Origin: Patescibacteria group bacterium
GTDB lineage: Bacteria; Patescibacteriota; Minisyncoccia; Minisyncoccales; RBG-13-36-15
DNA: 59,172 bases
Reading direction: 5' to 3'
Assembly: GCA_018609195.1 (NCBI GenBank)
Contig: JAHCSE010000006.1
Span: 1-59,172, forward strand
Position numbers and translations under genes: made by a program. A model generated the notes under the pieces. That model saw nothing but the letters and a program-made list of their open reading frames with translations, was not told the origin of the DNA and did not search any database. Of the stretch, positions 24,900-33,982 are shown piece by piece; the first letter of the stretch is position 1, and each line of letters opens with the position of its first letter.

Positions 24900-26399
24900 C
24901 TAAATCCGAGGGAAAAGAGATTTTCCCTTCCTTGGTTTAAATTTCCATTTTTCATCAGTTGCTTTAATACCGAGCTGGTGAAATATCCTCTCTGAGGTCT
25001 GGGGTAAAAAAGGTTTCAAGAGAGAGGTGATGTGAGCTAAAGCAAACAATAAATTACTGATTGCCACCTGCCCTCTAAGAAACTTTTTGCTCTTTTTCGG
25101 AATAGGAAGAGTGGTCTTTCTCTCCCAAGGTCTTTCTCTTTCAATATAGCTATCACAAAAACTAATTAAATCCCAGATTGTTTCCAAGGCGCGATTAAAT
25201 CTAAAGTCTTCTAAGGCCTTTTTATAATTTCTCCAGGTTCTATTAATAAAGGGGGTAATTGCAATATGACTATATTCTCTAATTTTTGTCTTCTCAGCCA
25301 TAGTTAAAACTCTTGCTACCAAATTTCCCAATCCACTAGCCAAATCCGCATTATATCTTTGCTCAAATTTCTCATAGGTAAAGTCGCCGTCTTCAGTTGG
25401 CGGAATTTCCCGCAAAAGAAAATATCTAACAGCATCTGTGCTATATTTTTTAACTAACTCAAAAGGATCTACTATATTTCCCAAACTTTTTGACATTTTT
25501 TGACCGGCAACAGTGATGAAGCCGTGGACAAATATTGTCTTAGGTAACGGTAACCCCAGAGATAAAAGCATTCCTGGCCAGATTAGACAGTGGAATTTTT
25601 GAATATCTTTTCCAATGCAATGAACATTAGCTGGCCAGAATTTCTGAAATTTTTTACTATTTTCCGCATAACCGAGGACAGAAATATAATTTGAAAGGGC
25701 ATCTGCCCACACATAAATTGTCTGAGTTTTATCACCTGGTACAGGAATTCCCCATTTTAAATCTTTCCTTGGCCGAGAAAAACTAATATCTTCTAAACCT
25801 TTTTTCAAAAAGCTTACATTTTCATTTCTCCGAGTTTCGGGAATAATCTTAATGATACCTTTTTCGATAACTTTCTCGATTTTTTTTGAATATTTAGAAA
25901 GTCTAAAAAAGTAATTTTCTTCTTCAATTATTTCCGGCTTTTTTTGATGAATAATACACTTTTGATTTTTAAGATCCTTTTTTGTAATAAATGCTTCGCA
26001 ACCAGAACAATAAAACCCTTTATATTTCTTTTTATAAATATCGCCGTTTTCTTTTAATTTGAGCCAAACTTTTTTAACTGTCGGCCAATGCTTTCTTTTA
26101 TCAGTAGTTCGGATAAAATCATCCGTAGATAAATTTAGAATTTTCTTAAAATTTCTAACCTTCCGTGAAATTTCATCAACGAATTCTTTTGGGTTTTTCC
26201 CTTCCCCCTCTGCGGCTCTGGCCACTTTTGCCCCATGTTCATCCGTACCAGTTAAGAAAAAAACCTCCTCGCCTAAAAGCCGCCGATATCGAGCAACGAC
26301 ATCGGCCTGGATAGATTCTAATGCAAAACCTATGTGGGGAGGAGCATTTGTATAAACTATACTAGTAGTAATATAAAATTTTTTATTTTTGCTTGACAT
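24900..26399 (-). CDS. metG: Methionyl-tRNA synthetase (short form)
   Basis: YTNAPPHIGF (HIGH region), KMSKSLGN and a CxxC zinc knuckle. Confidence 0.95.
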   Translation of the reverse strand: MSSKNKKFYITTSIVYTNAPPHIGFALESIQADVVARYRRLLGEEVFFLTGTDEHGAKVARAAEGEGKNPKEFVDEISRKVRNFKKILNLSTDDFIRTTDKRKHWPTVKKVWLKLKENGDIYKKKYKGFYCSGCEAFITKKDLKNQKCIIHQKKPEIIEEENYFFRLSKYSKKIEKVIEKGIIKIIPETRRNENVSFLKKGLEDISFSRPRKDLKWGIPVPGDKTQTIYVWADALSNYISVLGYAENSKKFQKFWPANVHCIGKDIQKFHCLIWPGMLLSLGLPLPKTIFVHGFITVAGQKMSKSLGNIVDPFELVKKYSTDAVRYFLLREIPPTEDGDFTYEKFEQRYNADLASGLGNLVARVLTMAEKTKIREYSHIAITPFINRTWRNYKKALEDFRFNRALETIWDLISFCDSYIERERPWERKTTLPIPKKSKKFLRGQVAISNLLFALAHITSLLKPFLPQTSERIFHQLGIKATDEKWKFKPRKGKSLFPRI

Positions 26400-26449
26400 A
26401 GGTGATGAAAAATCTTATTTTAAGTTTAGCACACAATAAGGAGGGCGAA

Positions 26450-26842
26450 ATGGAAGAAGATTGGCTCGAAAGATTTACTGGGCTAACTCTTGAAGAAAAA
26501 AGATTAGCCAGATTAAATCATGAAGCAGGTTGCTTAATTGCAGAAAGAAGACTTGAGGAATTAACCAGAGAGCATTTCCAGGCAATGGCAGAGGTTATGG
26601 AAAGATTTAGAAAAGATAACAAGTGGATTGATGAACACATGGAGGAACTCCGAGAAAAATATCCTGATAAATATATTGCCGTTTTTCAAGAAAAAGTAGT
26701 GGCTAGTTGTAATCCAGATCCTTTACAATTAAATAGATTAAGGGAAGTGGTAGAAAACCAAGGGATCATTTTTGAGTGGGTGGCTGCAAAATTTATACCA
26801 AGAGAAAAAAGGATACAAATCCTTGCTCTAGTAGGCGCATAA
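26450..26842 (+). CDS. Hypothetical protein (C-terminal part resembles DUF5678-type small domains)
   Basis: Start moved to ATG 26450 (AAGGAGGG upstream). Possible TTGACA promoter at 26393. Contains DKYIAVFQEKVVAS. Confidence 0.5.
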   Translation: MEEDWLERFTGLTLEEKRLARLNHEAGCLIAERRLEELTREHFQAMAEVMERFRKDNKWIDEHMEELREKYPDKYIAVFQEKVVASCNPDPLQLNRLREVVENQGIIFEWVAAKFIPREKRIQILALVGA

Positions 26843-26852
26843 AGCGCCTTTT

Positions 26853-27539
26853 TTATTTTCCAACAATTACCACAAATTCTCCTTTTATCTTATCTCGCTC
26901 AATCGCCTTAATTACTTCCTCAATTTTTCCTCGGTAAATTGTCTCGAATTTTTTTGTTAATTCGCGACAAACAACTATTTGAGTAATTGGTAGTTTGTAG
27001 TTAGTAGTCAGGGTTTGCTTCAGTTCATTTAAAGTTTTTAAGATTCGATAGGGGGATTCGTAAAAAATTACTGGATATTTTGATTTTGCTACCTCAGTAA
27101 AAAATTTCTTTCTTTTTCTTTTAGTTGGAGGAAAGCCTAAAAACAAAAATTTATCCATAGGGAAACCTGAAATTGATGCTGCAGCAGTTACGGCTGAAGG
27201 GCCGGGAATTGGAATAATTTTTACATTGCGAAATTGATTTGCTACTAAATTTATTAATTTTTCCCCGGGATCAGAAACTCCCGGAGTCCCAGAATCTGAA
27301 ACCAAAGCTAAATTTTTACCTTCTTTTAGAAGCTCTAAAATATAATTTACCTTCGTTAATTTGGTATGTTGGTGATAACTAAGAGTAGGCTTTTTTATCT
27401 GATAACGATCCAACAATTTCTTTGTCACTCTCGTGTCTTCACATAAAATTAGATCAACCTCCTTTAAAATTCGGAGAGCCCTTATTGAAATATCTTCTAA
27501 ATTTCCAATAGGGGTTGAAACAATATAGAGGGTTCGCAT
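26853..27539 (-). CDS. rsmI: 16S rRNA 2'-O-methyltransferase RsmI
   Basis: LYIVSTPIGNLEDISIRALRIL, LCEDTR and SDSGTPGVSDPG. Confidence 0.9.
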   Translation of the reverse strand: MRTLYIVSTPIGNLEDISIRALRILKEVDLILCEDTRVTKKLLDRYQIKKPTLSYHQHTKLTKVNYILELLKEGKNLALVSDSGTPGVSDPGEKLINLVANQFRNVKIIPIPGPSAVTAAASISGFPMDKFLFLGFPPTKRKRKKFFTEVAKSKYPVIFYESPYRILKTLNELKQTLTTNYKLPITQIVVCRELTKKFETIYRGKIEEVIKAIERDKIKGEFVVIVGK

Positions 27540-27540
27540 T

Positions 27541-28569
27541 TTACAACACTGTTGATTCTTCCTCTTTTCTTTTCTTTAAAAAATCTCTTAGAAACTCAAA
27601 AAGGATTCCTGCTAAGGGAATAGCCAAAATTGCTCCCAGTAATCCCAAAAGTTTCCCTCCCACTACGATAGAAACCAAAACTAAAACTGGAGGAATACCG
27701 ACAAATCTTTTAGCTAAAATTGGAGTGAGAACGTTATTTTCAATTTGCTGGATTAAAGTGAAGGCAATTAAAACAAAAATCGCTCTCAATGTACTATCTA
27801 AAGAAACTAATATAAAAATTAAAAATCCAGTAGCAATAGGACCTACAATGGGGATGAAATTTAAGACACCTGCCAACAGACCCATTGAAAAAGGATAATT
27901 AGTATTGAAAACCAAAAAAGCAAAATAGGAAGCTCCTCCAACAAACAAGGAGGCCAAAACTCTACTCAGGAACCAACCACTAACTTTTTTTTGAGATCTC
28001 TGCCAAAGATTAAAAGCGAAGGATTCATATTTTTTGGGAAAAAGAAGAGATAATGTTTTCTCCACCCCTTTTTCTTCTAGGGAAAGGAAAACAGCTATAG
28101 TAAGAATAAAAATTGTTGAAAAAATACCACCAAAAATAGCGAAAGCAACAGAAAGGACATTAGCAGTAATTTTCTCCAAGGATTTATTGATAAGTTCAAG
28201 GAAGCTTTCGACATCCGCAAAGGCCTGAATCCCCAATGCTTTTAGAGGGGGAGAAACTTTCTCAAAGTATTCGGGAAGAATTTGAGAAAAGTTTTGAATC
28301 TCGAAAATAAAAAGAGGAGCAATTAAAAAAATTAAAAGACTAATTATCCCGAAAGTTCCAACATAGACGGAAATAACTGAGAGTACCCGGGGAATCTTCC
28401 TTTTGTGTAAAAAATCAATTATCGGATTAAATAAAATGGAAATAATGAGAGCGAAAATAAACCAGATCAAAATATCTCTGACCAAAAAGAGTATATAAAA
28501 AGCGAAAACAGCTATCCCCACTTTTAAAATACTTACCCAGGAAATATCTAAGACTCGATCTTGATTCAT
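27541..28569 (-). CDS. AI-2E family transporter (PerM/UPF0118)
   Basis: About 8 TM helices and the characteristic NFIPIVGP motif. Confidence 0.8.
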   Translation of the reverse strand: MNQDRVLDISWVSILKVGIAVFAFYILFLVRDILIWFIFALIISILFNPIIDFLHKRKIPRVLSVISVYVGTFGIISLLIFLIAPLFIFEIQNFSQILPEYFEKVSPPLKALGIQAFADVESFLELINKSLEKITANVLSVAFAIFGGIFSTIFILTIAVFLSLEEKGVEKTLSLLFPKKYESFAFNLWQRSQKKVSGWFLSRVLASLFVGGASYFAFLVFNTNYPFSMGLLAGVLNFIPIVGPIATGFLIFILVSLDSTLRAIFVLIAFTLIQQIENNVLTPILAKRFVGIPPVLVLVSIVVGGKLLGLLGAILAIPLAGILFEFLRDFLKKRKEEESTVL

Positions 28570-28590
28570 AATTTGTTGGTTAATACCTTT

Positions 28591-29856
28591 TTAAATTTTC
28601 AACAACTTTTCAAAAGGTTTTTTGTCTTTAAATGGACCAATGAGAGCTAAATTAAGTTTTTGTGGCTGAAAGATCTCTCCTGATATTCTCTGGATTTCTT
28701 CTCTTGTCACCTCATCAATTTTTTTAAATTTTTCTTTTGGAGTTAAGATCTGCCCCTCTAATAATTCTTGGCCAGCATAAAAACCAGCTTGCGCATCAGA
28801 AGATTCTAAAGATAAGATTAAGTTTCCTTTGAGGTAGTCTTTCGCTTTTTGAAGTTCCTCCTCATTGACTTTTTTGTTTTTTAAACTTTTGTATTCCTTT
28901 AAAATTAAATTAACGGCTTTTTCTACATTTTGATGATCTACGCCAGCTTGGGTTACGAGGTAACCGGTATCTGTAGTATTCTCAGCTGAAGTATGAATGT
29001 AATAGGCAAGACCTGCTCTCTCGCGAACAGAAATAAAAAGCCTGGAGCTCATATTCCCGCCCAAAATGGTGGTGAGTACCGCTTGGGCATACTTTAATGG
29101 ATGAAATAAATCGTAGGCCCTGACTCCTAAATAAAGATGGGTCTGGTCAGTTTTTTTAAAATGGAGTAGACTTTGAGGTTTCGTTTGTTTTTCAATAACT
29201 TTTGGTTTTGATTTTGGTTTCCTAATTTTTATTCTCTGAAAATATTTTTTAATTTTTCTCTCTGTAGATCTTCCCTTTATATTTCCTGCAACACAAACAA
29301 TAATATTTTTCGCTACATAATGATTTTTCAAGTAATGTAAAATTTGTTCTCTTTTTAATTTTGCTATCGTCTCTTTCTCTCCGATTACCAGCCAACCAGC
29401 TGGCTGATCTCCGTAAAGTAATTTCTCCCATAAATCATGGATATAGCTCATTGGGGTATCTAAATACATATTCATTTCTTCAATCACCACCTTTTTTTCT
29501 CTTTCCATCTCTTTTTCCTCAAATTTTGAGTGTAAAAGGATGTCTGAAACCCAATCTAACGCCAAATCTAAATGTTTCGAATCTACCTTTGCCCAGTATC
29601 CCGTAAATTCTTTTGAGGTAAAAGCATTGTAGATGCCTCCTATCCGATCTAAGGTCTCTGCAATTTTTAAAGTGTTGGGACGTTTCTTTGTCCCCTTAAA
29701 AAACACGTGTTCTAAAAAATGAGAGATGCCATTGATTTCTTTTGTCTCATATTTTGAGCCGGTTCCAACTAAAACCAAAACCGTCACTGCCCGAGTCCCT
29801 TTTTGGGGAATAGTAATAATCCTCAAGCCATTGGGAAGTTGTACTTTTTTGAACAT
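28591..29856 (-). CDS. M16-family zinc peptidase (pitrilysin-like)
   Basis: HFLEHVFFKGT inverted zinc motif (HxxEH), 421 aa. Confidence 0.88.
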   Translation of the reverse strand: MFKKVQLPNGLRIITIPQKGTRAVTVLVLVGTGSKYETKEINGISHFLEHVFFKGTKKRPNTLKIAETLDRIGGIYNAFTSKEFTGYWAKVDSKHLDLALDWVSDILLHSKFEEKEMEREKKVVIEEMNMYLDTPMSYIHDLWEKLLYGDQPAGWLVIGEKETIAKLKREQILHYLKNHYVAKNIIVCVAGNIKGRSTERKIKKYFQRIKIRKPKSKPKVIEKQTKPQSLLHFKKTDQTHLYLGVRAYDLFHPLKYAQAVLTTILGGNMSSRLFISVRERAGLAYYIHTSAENTTDTGYLVTQAGVDHQNVEKAVNLILKEYKSLKNKKVNEEELQKAKDYLKGNLILSLESSDAQAGFYAGQELLEGQILTPKEKFKKIDEVTREEIQRISGEIFQPQKLNLALIGPFKDKKPFEKLLKI

Positions 29857-29860
29857 AACC

Positions 29861-31183
29861 TTATTTTAATTTTTCTTTTAAAAATTCAACTAAATCATCA
29901 ATTTTTACTCTTTCTTGTGCCATTGTATCGCGATCACGGACTGTTAGGTCATCTTTTTTTAGGGTCTCAAAATCAATAGTTGTTGCATAAAGTGTACCAA
30001 TTTCATCTTGTCTTCGATATCTTCTGCCGATCGAACCTAATTCATCGTATTGGCAGGTGAAATGTGGTTTCAAAAGTTGATATACTTCTTTCGCTTTCTT
30101 GACTAATTTTGGTTTGTTTCGAACTAAAGGTAAAATTGCAACTTTTATTGGAGCTAATTTCTTGTCAAGTTTGAGCAAAATTTCAACTTCTTTGGCTGCC
30201 TTAGTAGTCTTTGTTCTTCCGCCTTTTATCTCTTGGTAGGAATTCAGCAAAAAAACAAAAAGAGATCTATCTACTCCGGCTGAAGTCTCAATGATATAGG
30301 GAAAGTATTTTTCATCTCTTTCCTCATCAAAATATTTTAAATCTTTTCCTGAATATTTTGAATGATTTGATAAATCCCAGTCTCCTCGATTGTGAACTCC
30401 TTCAATTTCTCTCCAGCCAAAAGGAAACTTATATTCAATGTCAATTGCTTTTTTGGCATAATGGGGAAGGTCTTTTTTTAAAACCTCTTTGATTCTTAGA
30501 TTCTCTTTTTTCACTCCTAAATTAAAATACCACCTTCGCCTCTCTTTGACCCAGAAATTGAACCATTTTGTAGCCTCTTTTGGATGGCAAAACCACTGCA
30601 TTTCCATTTGCTCAAATTCTCTGGTTCTATAAATGAAATCTTTGGGGGTAATTTCATTTCTAAAAGCTTTTCCAATCTGGCAAACCCCAAAAGGAATTTT
30701 CAATCTCATTGAATTTAAAACATTTTCAAAATTAACATAAATTCCCTGACAGGTTTCAGCTCTTAAGTAGGTCTGTACTGCCTCTTTTTCAACTGGCCCG
30801 ACAAAAGTTTTCATCATCAAATTAAACCTTCGAGGCTGAGTTAAAACTCCCTGACACTCTGGACATTTTGGTGTTTTTAGTTCATCGGCCTTAAATCTTT
30901 TGTGACATTTTTTGCACTCCACTAATTCATCAGCAAAGCCAGCTGTTAAATGGCCAGAAGCCTGCCAGACTTTGGGAGACATTAAAATGGCTGAATCTAA
31001 ACCCACCATATTTTCATGATTTCTTGTCATCTCTTCCCACCAGGCTTTTTTAATATTATTTTTCAATTCCACACCTAAGGGTCCAAAATCATAGCATGAA
31101 CCGAAACCTCCATAAATTTCAGAGGAGGGGAAAGTAAAACCCCGCCGCTTGGCTAAAGAAATAATTTTTGACATTAAATCCAT
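29861..31183 (-). CDS. glyQS: Glycyl-tRNA synthetase (alpha2 type)
   Basis: RGFTFPSSEIYGG, FRNEITP and class II motifs, 440 aa. Confidence 0.93.
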   Translation of the reverse strand: MDLMSKIISLAKRRGFTFPSSEIYGGFGSCYDFGPLGVELKNNIKKAWWEEMTRNHENMVGLDSAILMSPKVWQASGHLTAGFADELVECKKCHKRFKADELKTPKCPECQGVLTQPRRFNLMMKTFVGPVEKEAVQTYLRAETCQGIYVNFENVLNSMRLKIPFGVCQIGKAFRNEITPKDFIYRTREFEQMEMQWFCHPKEATKWFNFWVKERRRWYFNLGVKKENLRIKEVLKKDLPHYAKKAIDIEYKFPFGWREIEGVHNRGDWDLSNHSKYSGKDLKYFDEERDEKYFPYIIETSAGVDRSLFVFLLNSYQEIKGGRTKTTKAAKEVEILLKLDKKLAPIKVAILPLVRNKPKLVKKAKEVYQLLKPHFTCQYDELGSIGRRYRRQDEIGTLYATTIDFETLKKDDLTVRDRDTMAQERVKIDDLVEFLKEKLK

Positions 31184-31192
31184 AATTTATTG

Positions 31193-32854
31193 TTATTGAA
31201 CAACACTCTGTTGTTCAGTAACAGTTGGGTCATCTGGCAAAGTTGTATCTAAGACTTTTGTTGTAGCCTCAATTTCAGTCTCGGTCCAAAGATCTTGTGC
31301 AGTTATTGTAGCTGGCCCCACCAGGGTAGGAGTTTGGCCTTTCTGAGAAAGAGAAGGGGTTAAAGCAATTTGAAAAGCGATGGTTAAAACTTCATTTAAT
31401 ACTCCTTTCCCCATTTCTAAGTCTCCAATTTCCCAGATAATCTCTCTACTTTGAGAATCGAAAGTAAGTTTTGACTTTTTTGGGAAAATCTCTCCGGTTA
31501 ACTGTACCCAGCTTAGTAAGACAGCCTTAACTTTAACATTTCTCAAATTATTATAAAAGTTCTTCACTTGCCACAAAATAGTATAGGTTGTCGTTTGATC
31601 AACCTCTGGAGGAAGGGGGCCAGAGTTTCCGAAAATTTCGTCCTCAAAATATCCTTTCTGTAAAATTACCAATTTTGAATTTACCTTAGTTAAAAATTCT
31701 TTTCTCGCCTGTGAAAGTACAACCTTATTTCTAATTACGGGGTTTTTATCTTCTGAACCAGAGATTTGCCATTCCTTTTTTAGTTCAATCCAAAATTCAA
31801 CTTTCCCTTCTTCCCCGGAATCTAAGAATTGAAGATGCGGGACGTCCCGAGAATCCCAAATGAGAGAATTGTCTCCGAACTCAAATCTTCCTCGGTCTGA
31901 TTTTAAACTCTGAAAATCAAAAGCCTCTCCCTCCAGTCTCGCTACCAAAAATAGGTCTAATTGCGGCTCCTCCCCCAGATTTTTAAAGAAAATTTCATAG
32001 TGGAGAAAATCTCCGGGGCTCGCCACATATTGAGGATTCCCATTGATCTGTTGCGAAATTAGCAAAAATGGCCTAATAATTTCTATTCCCTTAATTGCCT
32101 CTTTTAATAAGACAAATTCCCCTTCCTGCCAGCTTCCAAAATTAGCCCGAAAAATTTTCTCTTCTTTAAATTCACCTGAAATTTCCCCTAAAATTTCAAT
32201 TCTCCCTCCATCTAACTTGTTTAAAAGGCCTATTTCCCACTCATTCTCCCCCAAAGCTTGGGGCCTTGACTCTAAAAAGGAAAATCCTGGAGGATACTCA
32301 ATTTTCACCCTCAAATTAGAGAGAGGAAAATTGGTATTAGAAAAATAATTTAATCTAAATCTAAATTCTTTACCTGTCTCTATTTTTGAAGGAAGATCAA
32401 ATCCAAAAGTAATGGGAACAAATGTAATGACGGCGGTATGAGTGGTAGCTGATTCATAGCGAGCTTTGATATTTTGAGGTCGATAACTCAACCAAGATTT
32501 GGCGGTTTTGGTTTCCCCTTCCTTCCCTAAAAGTCGGGTTTTAAAAGAGATGATTTTTTCTTCTCCAGGATAGATATCCCCCAAGGTTTTTTCAATCCTT
32601 AATTTTTCTCCCTCCACTAAAGAGTGTTTTGGGAATTCAAAAATAAATCTCGCCTCCTCTAGTCTGGCATTCCCAATATTTTTATATTTAACAATATATT
32701 CAATTTCTTCTGCTAGTTCTACCTCATCGGGGGCTAAAATTTCCAATTTCAAAACTCCCTTGGTGAAAATATTTTTTTGGTAATACCAAAACCCAGTTAA
32801 AGCCAAGAGAATGCCTGAAAAAATTAGAAAAATTATCAGCCTTCTAAAAATCAT
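31193..32854 (-). CDS. N-terminally anchored hypothetical protein with repeated beta-sandwich (DUF11/CARDB-like) modules
   Basis: N-terminal TM helix and repeated blocks of the form Y.I...N.G...L. Confidence 0.5.
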   Translation of the reverse strand: MIFRRLIIFLIFSGILLALTGFWYYQKNIFTKGVLKLEILAPDEVELAEEIEYIVKYKNIGNARLEEARFIFEFPKHSLVEGEKLRIEKTLGDIYPGEEKIISFKTRLLGKEGETKTAKSWLSYRPQNIKARYESATTHTAVITFVPITFGFDLPSKIETGKEFRFRLNYFSNTNFPLSNLRVKIEYPPGFSFLESRPQALGENEWEIGLLNKLDGGRIEILGEISGEFKEEKIFRANFGSWQEGEFVLLKEAIKGIEIIRPFLLISQQINGNPQYVASPGDFLHYEIFFKNLGEEPQLDLFLVARLEGEAFDFQSLKSDRGRFEFGDNSLIWDSRDVPHLQFLDSGEEGKVEFWIELKKEWQISGSEDKNPVIRNKVVLSQARKEFLTKVNSKLVILQKGYFEDEIFGNSGPLPPEVDQTTTYTILWQVKNFYNNLRNVKVKAVLLSWVQLTGEIFPKKSKLTFDSQSREIIWEIGDLEMGKGVLNEVLTIAFQIALTPSLSQKGQTPTLVGPATITAQDLWTETEIEATTKVLDTTLPDDPTVTEQQSVVQ

Positions 32855-32855
32855 T

Positions 32856-33593
32856 TTAAAAATCAGAAATCGTAGCTTTAGGAAGAAAATTTATCCAATA
32901 ATCAGAAATTCTTTTTAAAGAGAGAAAATATTTCTCATCGATCTTTAATTGAGAAATAATTCTCCATTCTTTTTCTATAATGAATCTCAGTATTTTTATT
33001 GTTTCTGGAGAAATTTCCTTTCCATTTTTAATTTTCTTAAAACAATTTTGACAAATCACTCCTCCTTCCTGAAAATTAAAATAAAGATTTTGAGGAAATA
33101 ATTCTTTCTGACAGAGAGAACAAATATGAAGTTCTGGTTTGTATCCTAAAAAAGAGAGGAGATTCCAGGTAAAATAGTAAAAAATTAATTGGGAATCGAG
33201 ATTTTGAGGAAAGGGAGTGTTTAATTTTTTTAAGGTCTCAATTAATAATTCCCAAATGCTTTCATCCTTTTCTTCTTTCCTCACTAAATTATCTAAAATC
33301 TCTGAAATTCTATAAGAGAGAGCTAATTTCTTTAAATCTTTCCTTATTTCTGAAAAATTTTCAATTAAAGAAGCATCAGTTAAGGTTTTGTAAGTTTTCC
33401 CTTGAATAAACTCAATCTCTGATAAATTAAAAAGGTTTGATTCTGATCTTAATTTTGATTTAATCTTTCTCATTGCTTTTGCCAAAATCTCAACTTTCCC
33501 AAAATCTTTAGTATAAATTGTCAGTAATTGATCAGCCTCCCCCCGATCTATTTTTTTTAAGACGATACCTTCACTTCGATAGTGAACAGCCAT
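32856..33593 (-). CDS. recO: DNA repair protein RecO
   Basis: GIVLKKIDRGEADQLLTIYTKDFGK (OB fold) and the CSLC...CQNC zinc motif. Confidence 0.85.
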   Translation of the reverse strand: MAVHYRSEGIVLKKIDRGEADQLLTIYTKDFGKVEILAKAMRKIKSKLRSESNLFNLSEIEFIQGKTYKTLTDASLIENFSEIRKDLKKLALSYRISEILDNLVRKEEKDESIWELLIETLKKLNTPFPQNLDSQLIFYYFTWNLLSFLGYKPELHICSLCQKELFPQNLYFNFQEGGVICQNCFKKIKNGKEISPETIKILRFIIEKEWRIISQLKIDEKYFLSLKRISDYWINFLPKATISDF

Positions 33594-33602
33594 ACCTTAC
33601 GC

Positions 33603-33980
33603 TTAGTATTTTCCCTTAAGACCCAGCTCCCTCTCCAAATACTCTCTTTGTCTCTTGAGCTTTGACTTTTCAGCACCGGTTCCGGCTTTATATTCTTCTC
33701 CTCTTAGCTCCCGAAGGCGTCTTTTAGCCTCACTTTCAGAAATATGGCTTTTGAATCTCTCCCATGGAAATACTTCTTCTACCATGGATTCCCGCTGCCT
33801 ACGAGTATATAATCCACCTGCCGTACCTGGGATAGAAGGCGAAGCTGTTCGCAATCTTCTTCTGAATGCACTTCTAGACCACTCGCTTTTTTCTTCAAAA
33901 AAACTCTTCGGTTTAGAAGGTGGTGGAGCTTTTTTAAATCTATCTCTTGAAACTTGTGGTCTTCTTCCAAAAATGCCCAT
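33603..33980 (-). CDS. Hypothetical basic protein (higher-GC), directly downstream of ileS
   Basis: 125-aa ORF beginning 2 nt after the ileS stop. Competing antisense ORFs are less plausible. Confidence 0.4.
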   Translation of the reverse strand: MGIFGRRPQVSRDRFKKAPPPSKPKSFFEEKSEWSRSAFRRRLRTASPSIPGTAGGLYTRRQRESMVEEVFPWERFKSHISESEAKRRLRELRGEEYKAGTGAEKSKLKRQREYLERELGLKGKY

Positions 33981-33982
33981 GT